Source: Cytophagales bacterium
GTDB lineage: Bacteria; Bacteroidota; Bacteroidia; Cytophagales; Spirosomataceae
Reading direction: 5' to 3'
Assembly: GCA_031411995.1 (NCBI GenBank)
Contig: JANOCD010000057.1
Location: 28,461 to 92,460, forward strand
DNA: 64,000 bases
Shown here: positions 28,628 to 39,072 of the stretch, one piece after another
How positions within the stretch are numbered: position 1 is the first letter of the stretch
Layout: each line of letters begins with the position of its first letter
Notes under the pieces: model-generated
Database searches by the model: none
Told to the model about the DNA's origin: nothing
Seen by the model: the letters and a program-made list of their open reading frames with translations, nothing else
Made by a program: the position numbers and the translations under genes

Positions 28628-31267
28628 ATGCTTATATCTACATTTACTCTACCATTCAAGTTGGTTAGAAACAGTCTTGTCTGGCTTTGTATTACCCTGA
28701 TTTCAGGGTCTTTAGCCCTCGCTCAGGTCACGGTTCCCAGTGCGTTGTCGGCCACCCTCACGGCGACACCAACTCTGCTAACGGTTACCAATGGCACCAG
28801 CCTGTCGGCTACGGTGCGGGGCGGCACTCCTCCCTATAGCTACACGTTCAACGGACCGGGTGCCATCACGGCAAACGGTAGTTCGTCAGCTACGGTAACA
28901 AGCCTTATTCCCGGCGTTCATACCTTTACATTGACAGCCCGCGATACGGGTACTCCCGCAAGCGGAACAGTGGCCGCTGTTGCCAGCCAGTCGATCACCA
29001 CCACGGCCAGCGTTACGGTTCCGGGGGGTAGTTTGGTGGGTTCAACTACCATCTGCGCCGGGCAGTCGGCCACCCTGAACGTGGGAGTTACGAATGGCAC
29101 GGGGCCATTTACGCTGATTTACACCAGTACGAGCACAAGCAGCACGGGTGTGGTGAGTACTACGGTAACGAGTTACACCAGTGGCAATGGTATTGTGGTT
29201 ACGCCCAATGCCACCACCACCTACACACTTATTTCGCTGGCGGGTGCCAACGGCCTGGCTTTGCCGGTTGGGGGCGTAGTGGTGGTAACGGTTAATCCCA
29301 TTCCCACCCTCAACGTGCTGGGTAGCCCGGTGTTGTGCGGGTCGAATCCAACCAATATCACGGCAACGGGCGGGAGCAGCTATTTTTTAAATGGTTCGTT
29401 TCCGCAATCAAACACAACAGGTGCATTTTCTATTTTCCAACCGGGTTCCTACTCCCTTACGGCAACGAGTGCGGGCTGTTCGCGCTCACTCGTTTTCAGC
29501 GTGACAACCGGAACAACCATTCCTAATGCCAGTCTGGTGGCCAGCAGTTCGGTTTTGACCTGTTCCACTACGTCGGTTTCGCTGGTTGCCAGTGCGGGCG
29601 GCACCAACTATTCGTTTATCGGTCCGGGGCTTACTCAATCCGGGGTTAGTAATCAGGCTGTTGTGAGGCAGGATGGTATATACACGGTGATTATTTCGGG
29701 TTCAGATGGCTGTACGGCTGTTCTTAGCACCTCTATTTTCAGCAATACAGCTACCCCACCAGGCGGAGCTATAACACAAATTGGCCAGTTAAACTGCACC
29801 AATAATGTGGTTAGTTTGTCCGTAACAGGCGTAAGTGCGGCACCCAACTCCAACTATGTTTTCGGTGGTAATGGCTTACTCGTATCCACCCGAACGGGTT
29901 CGGTGACAGTAAGCGAAGAAGGGACCTATTCAGTAATTTACACGGGCACAAACGGTTGCCGTAATACGTTGACAGCCACTGTAACAAGCAACACAATAGC
30001 CCCTACAGCGACTTTACAGGCCAATACTAACTTGTCCTGCACAATCCCAGTTGTCACGCTGTCTGCCCCGGCGAACAACCAGGAGTATTATTTCTCAGGA
30101 CCAGGTCAGTTTATGGTATCGACTAGCAATTCTATGACGGCCAACGTTCCCGGTGTTTATTCAGTACTTGTTGTTGGCACTAATGGATGCATCGGTAAAG
30201 CGGTGAGTACCAGCGTTGGCTTTAGCCCCAATACCTCCTTTGCGTCGTTGGCGGTCAGTAATCAGATCAGTTGCACCGCTTCCAGCGCGACACTGGTGGC
30301 GGCTGGTACAGGATTAGTTTATGCATTCAGTGGACCGGGAGTAGCTCAGTTCGGTTCGGCCACCAGTGTTACTGTCAACCAACCCGGCAAATATTTTCTG
30401 ACAGTAACGGGCTTGCCCGGTTGCTCGGCAACGGCAGTTACCGAAGTATTCAGCAATACATCGGCACCATTTGTCAGCATCACCCAATCGGGTACGATTG
30501 GCTGTACTGGTGGCAGTATTCTACTAAGGAACATCACCGAGGGGAATGATTTCCGCTTTACTGGTCCGGGCGGTTTTGCTACGGCCAATACCAGCGGAAC
30601 AGCCACGGTCACACAGGCAGGCACCTATACACTCGTTACGACCAGTCCGCTCACGGGTTGCTCGGGGGTGACGTTCATTCCGGTGGTGGCCAACTGCGAT
30701 TCGAAAACCACCGCTCCGCCGTCGTCTACAACCGCCACGCCAACAACGTTCAGGATTCTGGCACCGGCCTATAATTGCCAGACGGGAGCGATAACGCTGC
30801 AAACCGCTGGTGGCGATGGCTCACCCATCACGTTCTTCACACCCGGAGTCACCCGGAGTTCTGCTCAAAGTACCACAGGAATAGTAGAAGCGGGTATTCG
30901 GTTCGATCCCAAACCATTGATTCTGTATGCCACCCAAAATGGTGTTACCGTAAGCATCACGTTTGATTTGATCGCTTTTTGCATTCGTGGGCGGATGGCC
31001 ACTGCCGAAACGGCTCCTGTTTTAGACGTAACCGTGCTGGGCAATCCAACCACGGGCGAATCTGTCTCGATTGAAGTTCGGGGTGCCGAGGGAAAATCAA
31101 TCACCTACCAGATTCGGGATTTGACAGGTCGTTTACTGACGGAAAAACAAACCGAAACAGCCATGTCGGTTGATCGGCAATCGCTTCGCTTAGGGTCAGC
31201 CGGTATGTATTTACTCAACATCTCGACTCCTACACAATCGAAAACAGTGAAGGTAATTCGGCAGTAA
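28628..31267 (+). CDS. Thr/Ser-rich T9SS cargo protein with Cys-containing Ig-like repeats
   Basis: Signal peptide; repeats of LxC...YxFxGPG...GxYxVxxxGxxGC; C-terminal T9SS type A-like CTD ending GMYLLNISTPTQSKTVKVIRQ. Confidence 0.85.
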   Translation: MLISTFTLPFKLVRNSLVWLCITLISGSLALAQVTVPSALSATLTATPTLLTVTNGTSLSATVRGGTPPYSYTFNGPGAITANGSSSATVTSLIPGVHTFTLTARDTGTPASGTVAAVASQSITTTASVTVPGGSLVGSTTICAGQSATLNVGVTNGTGPFTLIYTSTSTSSTGVVSTTVTSYTSGNGIVVTPNATTTYTLISLAGANGLALPVGGVVVVTVNPIPTLNVLGSPVLCGSNPTNITATGGSSYFLNGSFPQSNTTGAFSIFQPGSYSLTATSAGCSRSLVFSVTTGTTIPNASLVASSSVLTCSTTSVSLVASAGGTNYSFIGPGLTQSGVSNQAVVRQDGIYTVIISGSDGCTAVLSTSIFSNTATPPGGAITQIGQLNCTNNVVSLSVTGVSAAPNSNYVFGGNGLLVSTRTGSVTVSEEGTYSVIYTGTNGCRNTLTATVTSNTIAPTATLQANTNLSCTIPVVTLSAPANNQEYYFSGPGQFMVSTSNSMTANVPGVYSVLVVGTNGCIGKAVSTSVGFSPNTSFASLAVSNQISCTASSATLVAAGTGLVYAFSGPGVAQFGSATSVTVNQPGKYFLTVTGLPGCSATAVTEVFSNTSAPFVSITQSGTIGCTGGSILLRNITEGNDFRFTGPGGFATANTSGTATVTQAGTYTLVTTSPLTGCSGVTFIPVVANCDSKTTAPPSSTTATPTTFRILAPAYNCQTGAITLQTAGGDGSPITFFTPGVTRSSAQSTTGIVEAGIRFDPKPLILYATQNGVTVSITFDLIAFCIRGRMATAETAPVLDVTVLGNPTTGESVSIEVRGAEGKSITYQIRDLTGRLLTEKQTETAMSVDRQSLRLGSAGMYLLNISTPTQSKTVKVIRQ

Positions 31268-31285
31268 AGATTATAAATTGACAGT

Positions 31286-31345
31286 AAAGTAAATGGGGGT
31301 AGTTGGCAACTCTGTTAATGAGTCCCAATTACCCCCATTTACTTT
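31286..31345. terminator. Bidirectional terminator-like hairpin between convergent genes
   Basis: aaagtaaatgggggtagttgg ... ccaattacccccatttacttt. Confidence 0.7.
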
Positions 31346-32007
31346 AACTTCAACTTATACCCCACATTACCAAACACATCGGTGATCGGCCCATCGTTCA
31401 CCGGCACATCAGTGAAAACAGAAACAGACAGACTCTGCCGCTTGGTAAGCGATATATCGACCCCAATTTTGCTGCGGACCTGATCAATCCCGGTGCCAAT
31501 CCGGTAGAAAATATCGGCAGAAACAAAGGGTGTGAACCGGGTTTTGAAGTCGTAGGACAACTCCAGTTTATTACGGATATAACTCTTATCCGCAACAATC
31601 CCTTCGGCATCGTCTTTAAACTGGTTCTGATAACGCAGGCGATAGTCGCCTTTTAATCCCCGCCATAGTTTTTGGTCGTAAGACAGTTCGGCATAGAATC
31701 GGTGGTAAGGTCGATAATAATAATCCAGCGTTTCTTTGTTGAATTTTCGGCGACCCGCATACCGGTAGAACGCGCCAATTTTCCAGCGTTTTGTCAGGCG
31801 GTATCCCAGGCCCAACTCGCCCAGATAGGCTCGTGTAACGCTGAAATTATCGGTGATGCGCACTTGCCCATTCACCTCAACCGAGAACGATTTACCCAGT
31901 CTTTTTTCAACACCCGCTCCCGCCCAAACACCCAGGGCAGGGTTTTGCGCAGAAACAGCCAGCGGTATGAACGTTAAAATCGTGAGGAGTAAACGTTTAT
32001 GAATCAT
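31339..32007 (-). CDS. DUF2490-family outer-membrane beta-barrel
   Basis: Signal peptide, alternating beta-strand pattern, YRLRYQ, RNKL, PFVSADIFY, aromatic-rich C-terminus. Confidence 0.8.
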   Translation of the reverse strand: MIHKRLLLTILTFIPLAVSAQNPALGVWAGAGVEKRLGKSFSVEVNGQVRITDNFSVTRAYLGELGLGYRLTKRWKIGAFYRYAGRRKFNKETLDYYYRPYHRFYAELSYDQKLWRGLKGDYRLRYQNQFKDDAEGIVADKSYIRNKLELSYDFKTRFTPFVSADIFYRIGTGIDQVRSKIGVDISLTKRQSLSVSVFTDVPVNDGPITDVFGNVGYKLKLK

Positions 32008-32017
32008 AGTTTTAGAG

Positions 32018-32719
32018 TCACCGATACGTGATTATTTCTTTGACTGCTGGAACCGGGCGTTTGGCATTTTCGTGGTAAAAGACAATCAGTTGGGCCGATT
32101 CTTTCCGAAAATCAATGTCGCGTACCTCCACCCGATACACTAAAAGCCCTGTTCGGGTGCGGAGGTCATCGAGCAAATCGAGGGCATGTTCGGGCCGCAA
32201 CAAATCTGTCCGGTCATAATAGATCGTTTTACTGAACTCCCGCTGCACAAACCATTCACTTTCCAGCACATACACCGCGCCAACAATCAGGCTATTGAGC
32301 AGAGCTGCGCCCGCCCAGCCACCCGTAGATGAGCCAACTTCGCTGATGGCCGAAATCAGGCCAATGGAGATGACCACAAATAAATAGGTCATGTCTTTAA
32401 TCGAAATCCCTTCGGTGCGGTAGCGCAACATCGAGAATACGGCAAACAAACCGAAAGCCGCCCCCATCGACATCTGCACCTGATGCAGCATGTAGGTAAC
32501 CAGAAAAATGGTCAGGTTAAACGCAAAAAATGTCAGAAACAGAGCCGTTTTTTTGTAAATCCGGTAGTAAATCACCCGAATCAGCAGCCCTACAGCCAGC
32601 GCGTCAACCCCGAATCGAAGCAACAGATCAAGCGAAAAAAGGGCCATGTTTTTCAAACCGTCGAGCAAGGCAGGCTCAGAAGCCTGTTGAAATAGAAGCA
32701 TGGAGAAAGTTGAGTACAC
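32018..32719 (-). CDS. DUF4956-family membrane protein
   Basis: GAAFGLFAVFSMLRYRT, IKDMTYLF signature; start may be 32701. Confidence 0.9.
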   Translation of the reverse strand: MYSTFSMLLFQQASEPALLDGLKNMALFSLDLLLRFGVDALAVGLLIRVIYYRIYKKTALFLTFFAFNLTIFLVTYMLHQVQMSMGAAFGLFAVFSMLRYRTEGISIKDMTYLFVVISIGLISAISEVGSSTGGWAGAALLNSLIVGAVYVLESEWFVQREFSKTIYYDRTDLLRPEHALDLLDDLRTRTGLLVYRVEVRDIDFRKESAQLIVFYHENAKRPVPAVKEIITYR

Positions 32720-32721
32720 GG

Positions 32722-34113
32722 TTATTTCACGAAATCGGTAGCCGCCTGAACCCGGCTACTAATATGAGTTTTCAGGGCGGGGAGCGCGCTGGTGAAAGCC
32801 GCCGTTGAAGTCAGGTGAGAATAGGGTTTTTGTTCAATTTCAGAACCCGTTACAAAGGGTGCAATCAGCGCGTGGTTGCGTTCTGCCAGGGCATTCATGC
32901 TTGCCGTTGTGAACACTGTTTCGGCAAATGTCTTCACATTTTGCTTGTATTTCGCATAGTAAACGGGGTCTTCCGTAACAAACTTGAGCAGGGGCCAGTT
33001 GGCAGCAACTTCTGTCATGGGCAGCGACACCGACCGGGCAACACCTGTACCTGCCCCAGCCGTGTTTTTCAGGGCTTCGTTATGGTCCCACGGAACCCAC
33101 ATAATTCGATTGTCGGGGGCCGTATAAAAATAATAGTTGTGCGCAATGGCTCCATACGTATCCCAATTGACAATGGTGTTATTCACGGCCAGAAACTTCA
33201 GGTAGTGATCCATGTTGAAGGTTTTCTCCAGATTAGTGCGCCAAATAGCCCGGTTAAGCGTTCGGTCGATGCTGTTCAGAGCTGTTATAAACGCCCGCAC
33301 ATCGGAGTAATCAGCTTCTGTTTTATTGTTTTTCTTCTCAAACTGCGCCTGGTTAAACGTCAGGAAGTTAGACTCCGGTTTGTAGATATTGCCCTTTTTA
33401 TCGGCATACTGATTTTCAATCATGGTGTCGTCAATAACCTCCACCATCGTATAAACACCACAGTATTGGCGGCCCGCCCCAAAGTCGATATACACTTTAT
33501 AAAATGCCGTTTGCGCGGCTGGAACGCCCGCCTGCCGAAAAATATCGGCCGCCACTTTTTCGCGGATTAACGACGGATCCCCAAATCCGGGCGACATCGA
33601 TACCTCCTGAAACCCATAAAACCGCTGGTCTTTTATTTCGGGGTAAGTATCCTCAAACTCGTCAAAATTGAGCCGGAAGGGTAATTTATAAATACCCGCC
33701 CGCCACGAAGACGACAGGCTGGAATTGCCCTTAAGTCGGAATCCCACGTTTTTCCAAGTCTTCCCGTTCACTTTAACGGGCAGTGCAATGTAGTTGGGTT
33801 CTGCCGTACTAAAAGCACCTGGCCCACCGCCGGGAGCGGCTCCGCCAGCACCAAAACTACCGCCAAATTTGGTTGTCATATCGGCCAGAACCAACTTCCA
33901 CTCGGCGGCTGTCATCGTGATTTCGAGCGTGTTAACCTTATCCTGGGGAAACACTACGCTATAATCCGGCACACCTTCTTTGCTGTGCGAGGCCGTCGTC
34001 CAGTCGGGGTTGGCGTTGGTAGCTACTTTGTCGGGGTCAACAATTTTGGGCTGGCAGGAAATACCCAGCCAAAGCAGCGTGGCTGCCAGAGCGAGTAAAC
34101 GTGTCTGATTCAT
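32722..34113 (-). CDS. CotH-family kinase, lipoprotein
   Basis: Lipobox GISC; GFRLKGNSS, REKVA, GVYTMVE, WDTYG, HNYY, VPWDHNE; start trimmed to MNQTR. Confidence 0.88.
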   Translation of the reverse strand: MNQTRLLALAATLLWLGISCQPKIVDPDKVATNANPDWTTASHSKEGVPDYSVVFPQDKVNTLEITMTAAEWKLVLADMTTKFGGSFGAGGAAPGGGPGAFSTAEPNYIALPVKVNGKTWKNVGFRLKGNSSLSSSWRAGIYKLPFRLNFDEFEDTYPEIKDQRFYGFQEVSMSPGFGDPSLIREKVAADIFRQAGVPAAQTAFYKVYIDFGAGRQYCGVYTMVEVIDDTMIENQYADKKGNIYKPESNFLTFNQAQFEKKNNKTEADYSDVRAFITALNSIDRTLNRAIWRTNLEKTFNMDHYLKFLAVNNTIVNWDTYGAIAHNYYFYTAPDNRIMWVPWDHNEALKNTAGAGTGVARSVSLPMTEVAANWPLLKFVTEDPVYYAKYKQNVKTFAETVFTTASMNALAERNHALIAPFVTGSEIEQKPYSHLTSTAAFTSALPALKTHISSRVQAATDFVK

Positions 34114-34176
34114 GGTTCGTAGAGGTGTCGCACTGATACACAATTGCTTACGCCAACTAGCACGGCGACGTTGCAA

Positions 34177-35115
34177 CTACTCAGTCAACTCTCCGAAAAG
34201 TACGGCATTCTCGATGGTTTTCAAAGACTTATCGTCCTTTGTAAGTAATTCCTCCCGCATTTGTTTAGCTGTCAGGCTGCTTCCATCGTGGCTCCAGCCG
34301 GGCGGCTGAAATAAATAGGCCAGTTTTTGCGTCAAAGGACCGGGTTTTCGTAGATCCTGAACCATTTTGATCCACTCATGAAAAATAATATGGTGGGGCG
34401 ATTGGCTCGTTAGGTTTGTTGTCAACCCATAGCGCACGGGTTCGTTGGGATCTTCGTCGGCAAACGTGCCGAACAGGCGATCCCAAATAATCAGGAACAT
34501 ACCCATATTCCGATCTAAATACTGGATGTTCGAGGCATGATGTACGCGGTGATGCGAGGGCGTAACCACAATCCACTCCAACCATCCCAGTTTACCCACG
34601 TACTGAGTATGCACCAGGATTCCCCAAATCTGCGTTGCCGAATAAGTCAGCAAAATATCTTCAGCCCGGAACCCAATCCACGCCAGCGGAATAAAATAGA
34701 CAAACCGATAAAGCGGCTGAAACACCGACGACCGGAAGCCCGTGGTCAGGTTGAACTCTTCCGACGAATGGTGAGTAACATGAACGGCCCAGAATAAACG
34801 ACAAAAATGATCGAACCGATGGAGCCAGTAAAATACAAAGTCTTCGAGCAGCACCAGGGCTGTCCAGTAGAGCCAGGGTTGGGTGATTTCGCCCGTGCGC
34901 TGATTGTACGCCCAAACCAACACCCCTACATAAAAACCCCGCACCAGCAGGTCGAGGCCCGCGTTTAGCACCGTCAGGTACAGATTCTGAATCACCCCCC
35001 AAAATGAATATAAACGCCGATGTTCCCAGTGACTCAATATCATTTCGATACCGATAACGAGCGCATAGAGCGGTGTGGTCCACAGAATTAGGAATGATTC
35101 GGGAATGGGTGTCAT
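34177..35115 (-). CDS. Sterol desaturase / fatty-acid hydroxylase family (alkylglycerol monooxygenase-like)
   Basis: His boxes YWLHRFDH, HVTHHSS, LVH, HHRVHH; start trimmed to MTPIP. Confidence 0.9.
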   Translation of the reverse strand: MTPIPESFLILWTTPLYALVIGIEMILSHWEHRRLYSFWGVIQNLYLTVLNAGLDLLVRGFYVGVLVWAYNQRTGEITQPWLYWTALVLLEDFVFYWLHRFDHFCRLFWAVHVTHHSSEEFNLTTGFRSSVFQPLYRFVYFIPLAWIGFRAEDILLTYSATQIWGILVHTQYVGKLGWLEWIVVTPSHHRVHHASNIQYLDRNMGMFLIIWDRLFGTFADEDPNEPVRYGLTTNLTSQSPHHIIFHEWIKMVQDLRKPGPLTQKLAYLFQPPGWSHDGSSLTAKQMREELLTKDDKSLKTIENAVLFGELTE

Positions 35116-35162
35116 ATTCGTCGTTACGGAAATTAAGCTCCGCAATATACAACGTCATTCAA

Positions 35163-36428
35163 TTACCGAATCTGCCCGTCGCCCACAATGACCCACTTTT
35201 CGGTCACTAATTTTTCGAGCGCGAATGGCCCCCTTGCATGGAGTTTTTGGGTAGAAATGCCAATCTCGGCTCCCAAGCCAAAAACACCCCCGTCGGTAAA
35301 ACGAGTTGAGGCATTGGCGTAAACGGCGGCAGCATCTACTTCATCCAAAAAGCGATTGATGTTGGTCTGATTCGATGAGATAATGGCTTCGGAATGCCGC
35401 GACGAATACAATTGAATATGCTCAAGAGCTTCGTCGATGTTGGCCACTACTCGAACAGCGCATTTGTAATCCAAAAATTCACGGCCAAAATCGGCGGGTT
35501 GAGCGGGTTGCAGGTTGGCATAACCGGCTCGTTGCAGAATAGCGAAGGCGGTTTCGTCGGCAAAAACCTCCACACTATAGTCATTGAAGCCGGGCATTAA
35601 CAGGGGCAAAAAAGCACCAGCCACAGCCGCATCAACCACCACACAATCGAGCGCGTTGCAAACCGAAGGGCGCGTTACTTTGGCGTTCACCACAATGGCG
35701 GCTGCCATTGCCAGATTAGCCGATTTTTCGACGTAGGTATGACAAACGCCCGCACCCGTTTCAATAGTGGGTACAAGCGAATGTTTGCGCACAAACTGAA
35801 TGAGCGAATCGGAGCCACGCGGAATAATAATGTCAACGTAGCGGGTTGCCGTCAGCAATTCATTCACCACTGCCCCGCGTTGTCCGTCGGCATCGAGGGG
35901 CAACAACGTCACGGCTGCTTCGGGTACATCGAACGCGGCCAACGCCTGCTGAATGAACCCAACCAACACCCGGTTTGAGAAATCGGCCTCTTTACCGCCC
36001 TTCAGCACACAGGCATTGCCCGACCGCAAACACAGGGCAGCCACGTCGATGGTCACGTTGGGCCGCGACTCATAGATGGCCCCAACTACACCCAGCGGCA
36101 CAGCCAGCTTACGCAGTTTCAGGCCTTTATCAATAGTTTTCTCCAGCAGTACAACGCCCGATGGATCAGGTAAATTAGCCACATCGTTCAGGCTTTTAGC
36201 CAAATCAGCCACGCGGGCTTCGGTCAGGCGGAGCCGGTCTTTTTTGGGGTCTGAATCAGGAATACGGTCGAGATCACGCTGATTCTCGGTCAGAATCTGA
36301 TCCGTATGATGCAGCAACAGATCAGCCAGATAGGTTAGCAAAGCTGCTTTTTGCTCATCGGGCAATTGCCGAACTGCCGAAGCAGCCTGTTTGGCTTGCT
36401 GTAGTAGAGGAGTAATGGTATTGGTCAT
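35163..36428 (-). CDS. proA: Gamma-glutamyl phosphate reductase
   Basis: PLGVVGAIYESRPNVT, IPRGS, CNALD, NASTRFTDGG, GISTQKLHARGP. Confidence 0.96.
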   Translation of the reverse strand: MTNTITPLLQQAKQAASAVRQLPDEQKAALLTYLADLLLHHTDQILTENQRDLDRIPDSDPKKDRLRLTEARVADLAKSLNDVANLPDPSGVVLLEKTIDKGLKLRKLAVPLGVVGAIYESRPNVTIDVAALCLRSGNACVLKGGKEADFSNRVLVGFIQQALAAFDVPEAAVTLLPLDADGQRGAVVNELLTATRYVDIIIPRGSDSLIQFVRKHSLVPTIETGAGVCHTYVEKSANLAMAAAIVVNAKVTRPSVCNALDCVVVDAAVAGAFLPLLMPGFNDYSVEVFADETAFAILQRAGYANLQPAQPADFGREFLDYKCAVRVVANIDEALEHIQLYSSRHSEAIISSNQTNINRFLDEVDAAAVYANASTRFTDGGVFGLGAEIGISTQKLHARGPFALEKLVTEKWVIVGDGQIR

Positions 36429-36443
36429 AGAGGTTGTACAAGT

Positions 36444-37835
36444 TTAAGCAGCTTCCTCCAGAGATGACACTACTTCTGAACCGACGGATGTAAAAATAGG
36501 AAATATCACCGTCATCACGGTTCCTTTTCTCTCAACCGAATCCACCTTAATCTGACCCCGGTGCATGGTCACGATTCGTTGGGTCAGAGCAAGACCAAGA
36601 CCTATTCCTTTAACAGTCATCACATTATCGGCGCGGTAGAATGGCTCAAAAATATGAGGCACATCAGCCGCCGGAATCCCAACGCCTTTATCCGTAAAGC
36701 TCACCCGCATTTGGTTGGGCGTGAAGGATAAGGCCACGGTCACGCTTTTATCAGGAGAAAACTTACATCCGTTTTCCAGTAAATTCTCAAAGGCGGTTAT
36801 GAGCAGCGGTTCTTCGCCCGACAGGATTAGGTCTTCTTCTTGTTCGGGCATACTTTCAAAATCAATATCTACCTGATAATCAGGAAATTTTGACAGTAGA
36901 TTAGCTCGTGCCTGCCAGAGCAGCTCGTCGATCCGAACCGGCTGATACACAAGCGTTATGGCATCCGAATTTGCTTTAACCAGATCAATCAGCCCATTCA
37001 CCAGGCTAATCATACTCTTCACCGTATCGAGTAGATCTGTTAAAGCAACCTCATAGTCGGCTGTGGTTCGGGTTTGCATCAGAGCCACCTCAATCTGACT
37101 CATCATTACCGCTAACGGGGTGCGTAGTTCGTGCGAAGCGTGCGACACAAAGCTTTTCTGGCTGACGAAGGCCACTTCGAGCCGCTGAAGCATATCATTG
37201 AACGTAGCGGCCAATAGAGACAGTTCGTCGCGTTGCCGACCCACCCGCAGCCGGTGGTGAATATTGGTGGCTGAAATAGCTTTTGCCTGCTCAGTAAGTT
37301 CGGCTACCGGCCGGAGGGCATCGCTGGAAAACAACCAGCCTGCCACTCCCACCACTACCAAACTCAACAGCCAGCCAAAGAACAATATTTCGCGAAGCCG
37401 GTCGAGTTTATTAAAGCCCAACCGGTCATATCCCGATGATACTGCCAGATAGGTCTGTCCGTTCGTGTCGAAGCAAACGCCAACCGCTTCGAGCGAATCC
37501 TTACGCATCCGCAACAGACGACCTTCCCTCAATTGCCGCCTGATGGTTGGTGTAATCGGAAAAACAGGATTTTTAGGTTTACTCCGGTATATTTCCTTAT
37601 CCTGTTTATCGTACACGATGACTTGTTCTGCAAGCATCGTTGCCAAATCATCGCGCGGAGTCAGTTTGGACTTGTTGAACAGTTGAGCCGTCAAAATGGC
37701 TTTGTTCTCCAGACGCTGTTGGAATTCGTTTTCGCGGTACTGATTATATAGGTAATATATGGACAGCGAAAACAACAGCATGATGGAAGCCACCAGCAAC
37801 GTGAACAACAGGGTCAGACGAGTCCGAATGTTCAT
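36444..37835 (-). CDS. HAMP-domain sensor histidine kinase
   Basis: Two TM helices, HAMP, SHELRTPL, DKGVGI, GIGLGL. Confidence 0.92.
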   Translation of the reverse strand: MNIRTRLTLLFTLLVASIMLLFSLSIYYLYNQYRENEFQQRLENKAILTAQLFNKSKLTPRDDLATMLAEQVIVYDKQDKEIYRSKPKNPVFPITPTIRRQLREGRLLRMRKDSLEAVGVCFDTNGQTYLAVSSGYDRLGFNKLDRLREILFFGWLLSLVVVGVAGWLFSSDALRPVAELTEQAKAISATNIHHRLRVGRQRDELSLLAATFNDMLQRLEVAFVSQKSFVSHASHELRTPLAVMMSQIEVALMQTRTTADYEVALTDLLDTVKSMISLVNGLIDLVKANSDAITLVYQPVRIDELLWQARANLLSKFPDYQVDIDFESMPEQEEDLILSGEEPLLITAFENLLENGCKFSPDKSVTVALSFTPNQMRVSFTDKGVGIPAADVPHIFEPFYRADNVMTVKGIGLGLALTQRIVTMHRGQIKVDSVERKGTVMTVIFPIFTSVGSEVVSSLEEAA

Positions 37836-38509
37836 TCCTCTTTAAGCATATATCCCATTCCAATGACCGTATGGATCAGTTTTGTGGGAAATTCTTTATC
37901 GACTTTCTTTCTCAGAAAATTCACATAGACATCAATAACATTGGTTCCTGTATCAAAGTGTATATCCCAAACTTTTTCAGCAATATCCACCCGTGAAACC
38001 ACCCGTCCCCGGTTGCGCATCAAATATTCTAACAAGCCAAACTCTTTGGCTGTCAACTCAATACGTTTTCCACCCCGACGGGCTACCTTCTCATTAAGAT
38101 CCAGTTCGAGATCACCAACTTTGAGTACATTGGTTTGTGGGCCGGAGTCCTGCCCTCGTTTATGTAATGCCTTCAAGCGGGCCATTAGCTCCCGAAACTC
38201 AAATGGTTTCACAAGGTAATCGTCAGCTCCCGACTCGAACCCAGTGAGTTTATCTTCCACCGATCCCATTGCGGTCAGCATCAGTACGGGCGTTTTAACG
38301 TCTTCCTGTCGGAGCGACTGCACCACGTCGAAACCATTCATTTTTGGCAGATTGACATCCATCACAATCACATCGTAGGTGTTGCTTAATGCCATTGTGC
38401 GGCCGATTTGGCCATCGAAAGCCATTTCGACTTCGCACTGCTGTTCTTCCAGCCCTTTCTTAACAAATGATGCCAATTTTGGCTCATCTTCAACTACAAG
38501 TACCTTCAT
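37832..38509 (-). CDS. OmpR-family response regulator (CusR/CzcR-like)
   Basis: VVEDE, MDVNLP, GADDYLVKPF, NVIDVYVNFLRKK; start trimmed to MKVLV. Confidence 0.93.
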   Translation of the reverse strand: MKVLVVEDEPKLASFVKKGLEEQQCEVEMAFDGQIGRTMALSNTYDVIVMDVNLPKMNGFDVVQSLRQEDVKTPVLMLTAMGSVEDKLTGFESGADDYLVKPFEFRELMARLKALHKRGQDSGPQTNVLKVGDLELDLNEKVARRGGKRIELTAKEFGLLEYLMRNRGRVVSRVDIAEKVWDIHFDTGTNVIDVYVNFLRKKVDKEFPTKLIHTVIGMGYMLKEE

Positions 38510-38661
38510 AATAGTTCCGCGAGAAGACTCCCTCACCTGAGCGGGGATATTTATAAGCGTAACTTACAAGTCTATTCTGCCTTTTACAAGAAAACGTATC
38601 AACTACTTATTTAATGTTCTTTTTCTAACTCAAAAAACAACGATTCGTGGCGTTATGACAC

Positions 38662-38838
38662 AAAAAAGCCGTTGAAGACTCTTCAACGGCTTTCCGCTTC
38701 TATCCACACCATTTCAAGGCTGCTACCTAGAGGTAACAAGACCTTGATGTTCAACCTTCCCTTTGTAAAGGATCTTTATGCTAACTTGCAGTAATTACTT
38801 AGTTTAAAACCGACGCTCTTAGGTCGTCCCGTTTCGTT
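38662..38838 (-). ncRNA. Candidate structured small RNA A (5' end approximate)
   Basis: Several short hairpins, shared motif AAATGGTGTGGATA-N4-CGGAAAGC, terminator aaagccgttgaag/cttcaacggctttttt; upstream CACCTTTG near-consensus -7 box. Confidence 0.55.
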
Positions 38839-38921
38839 GAAACAAAGGTGTAGTACCCGAATTAAACGCACGTTAACCATGAATTAAAATGTACTAAATA
38901 CCGGGCATTTATACCATAAAC

Positions 38922-39072
38922 AAAAAAAAGCTACTCGGGAGGTCCCAAATAGCTTTCCGACTATATCCACACCATTTAAAAACAGCCCATGAAAAGGCTG
39001 TTTACCGTTGCACTGTGAAAGTGCTATATTTTGAGACCAATAAGATTGGCTACAAGACCATTTTTTATTCGA
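38922..39072 (-). ncRNA. Candidate structured small RNA B (5' end approximate)
   Basis: TATATTTG -7 box at 39078-39085, three hairpins, same shared motif, terminator aaagcta...tagcttttttt. Confidence 0.55.

Noticed and set aside
28471-28659. 62-aa hydrophobic ORF upstream of the second S41 peptidase
   Set aside because: Overlaps a divergent promoter region and the T9SS gene start; no motif
35163-36428. proA without adjacent proB
   Set aside because: Split pro genes are common; proB may lie elsewhere
38855-38863. ACCCGAATT as possible IS982 right end
   Set aside because: Only 7 nt match the left end and it lies beyond the SusC remnant; probably chance
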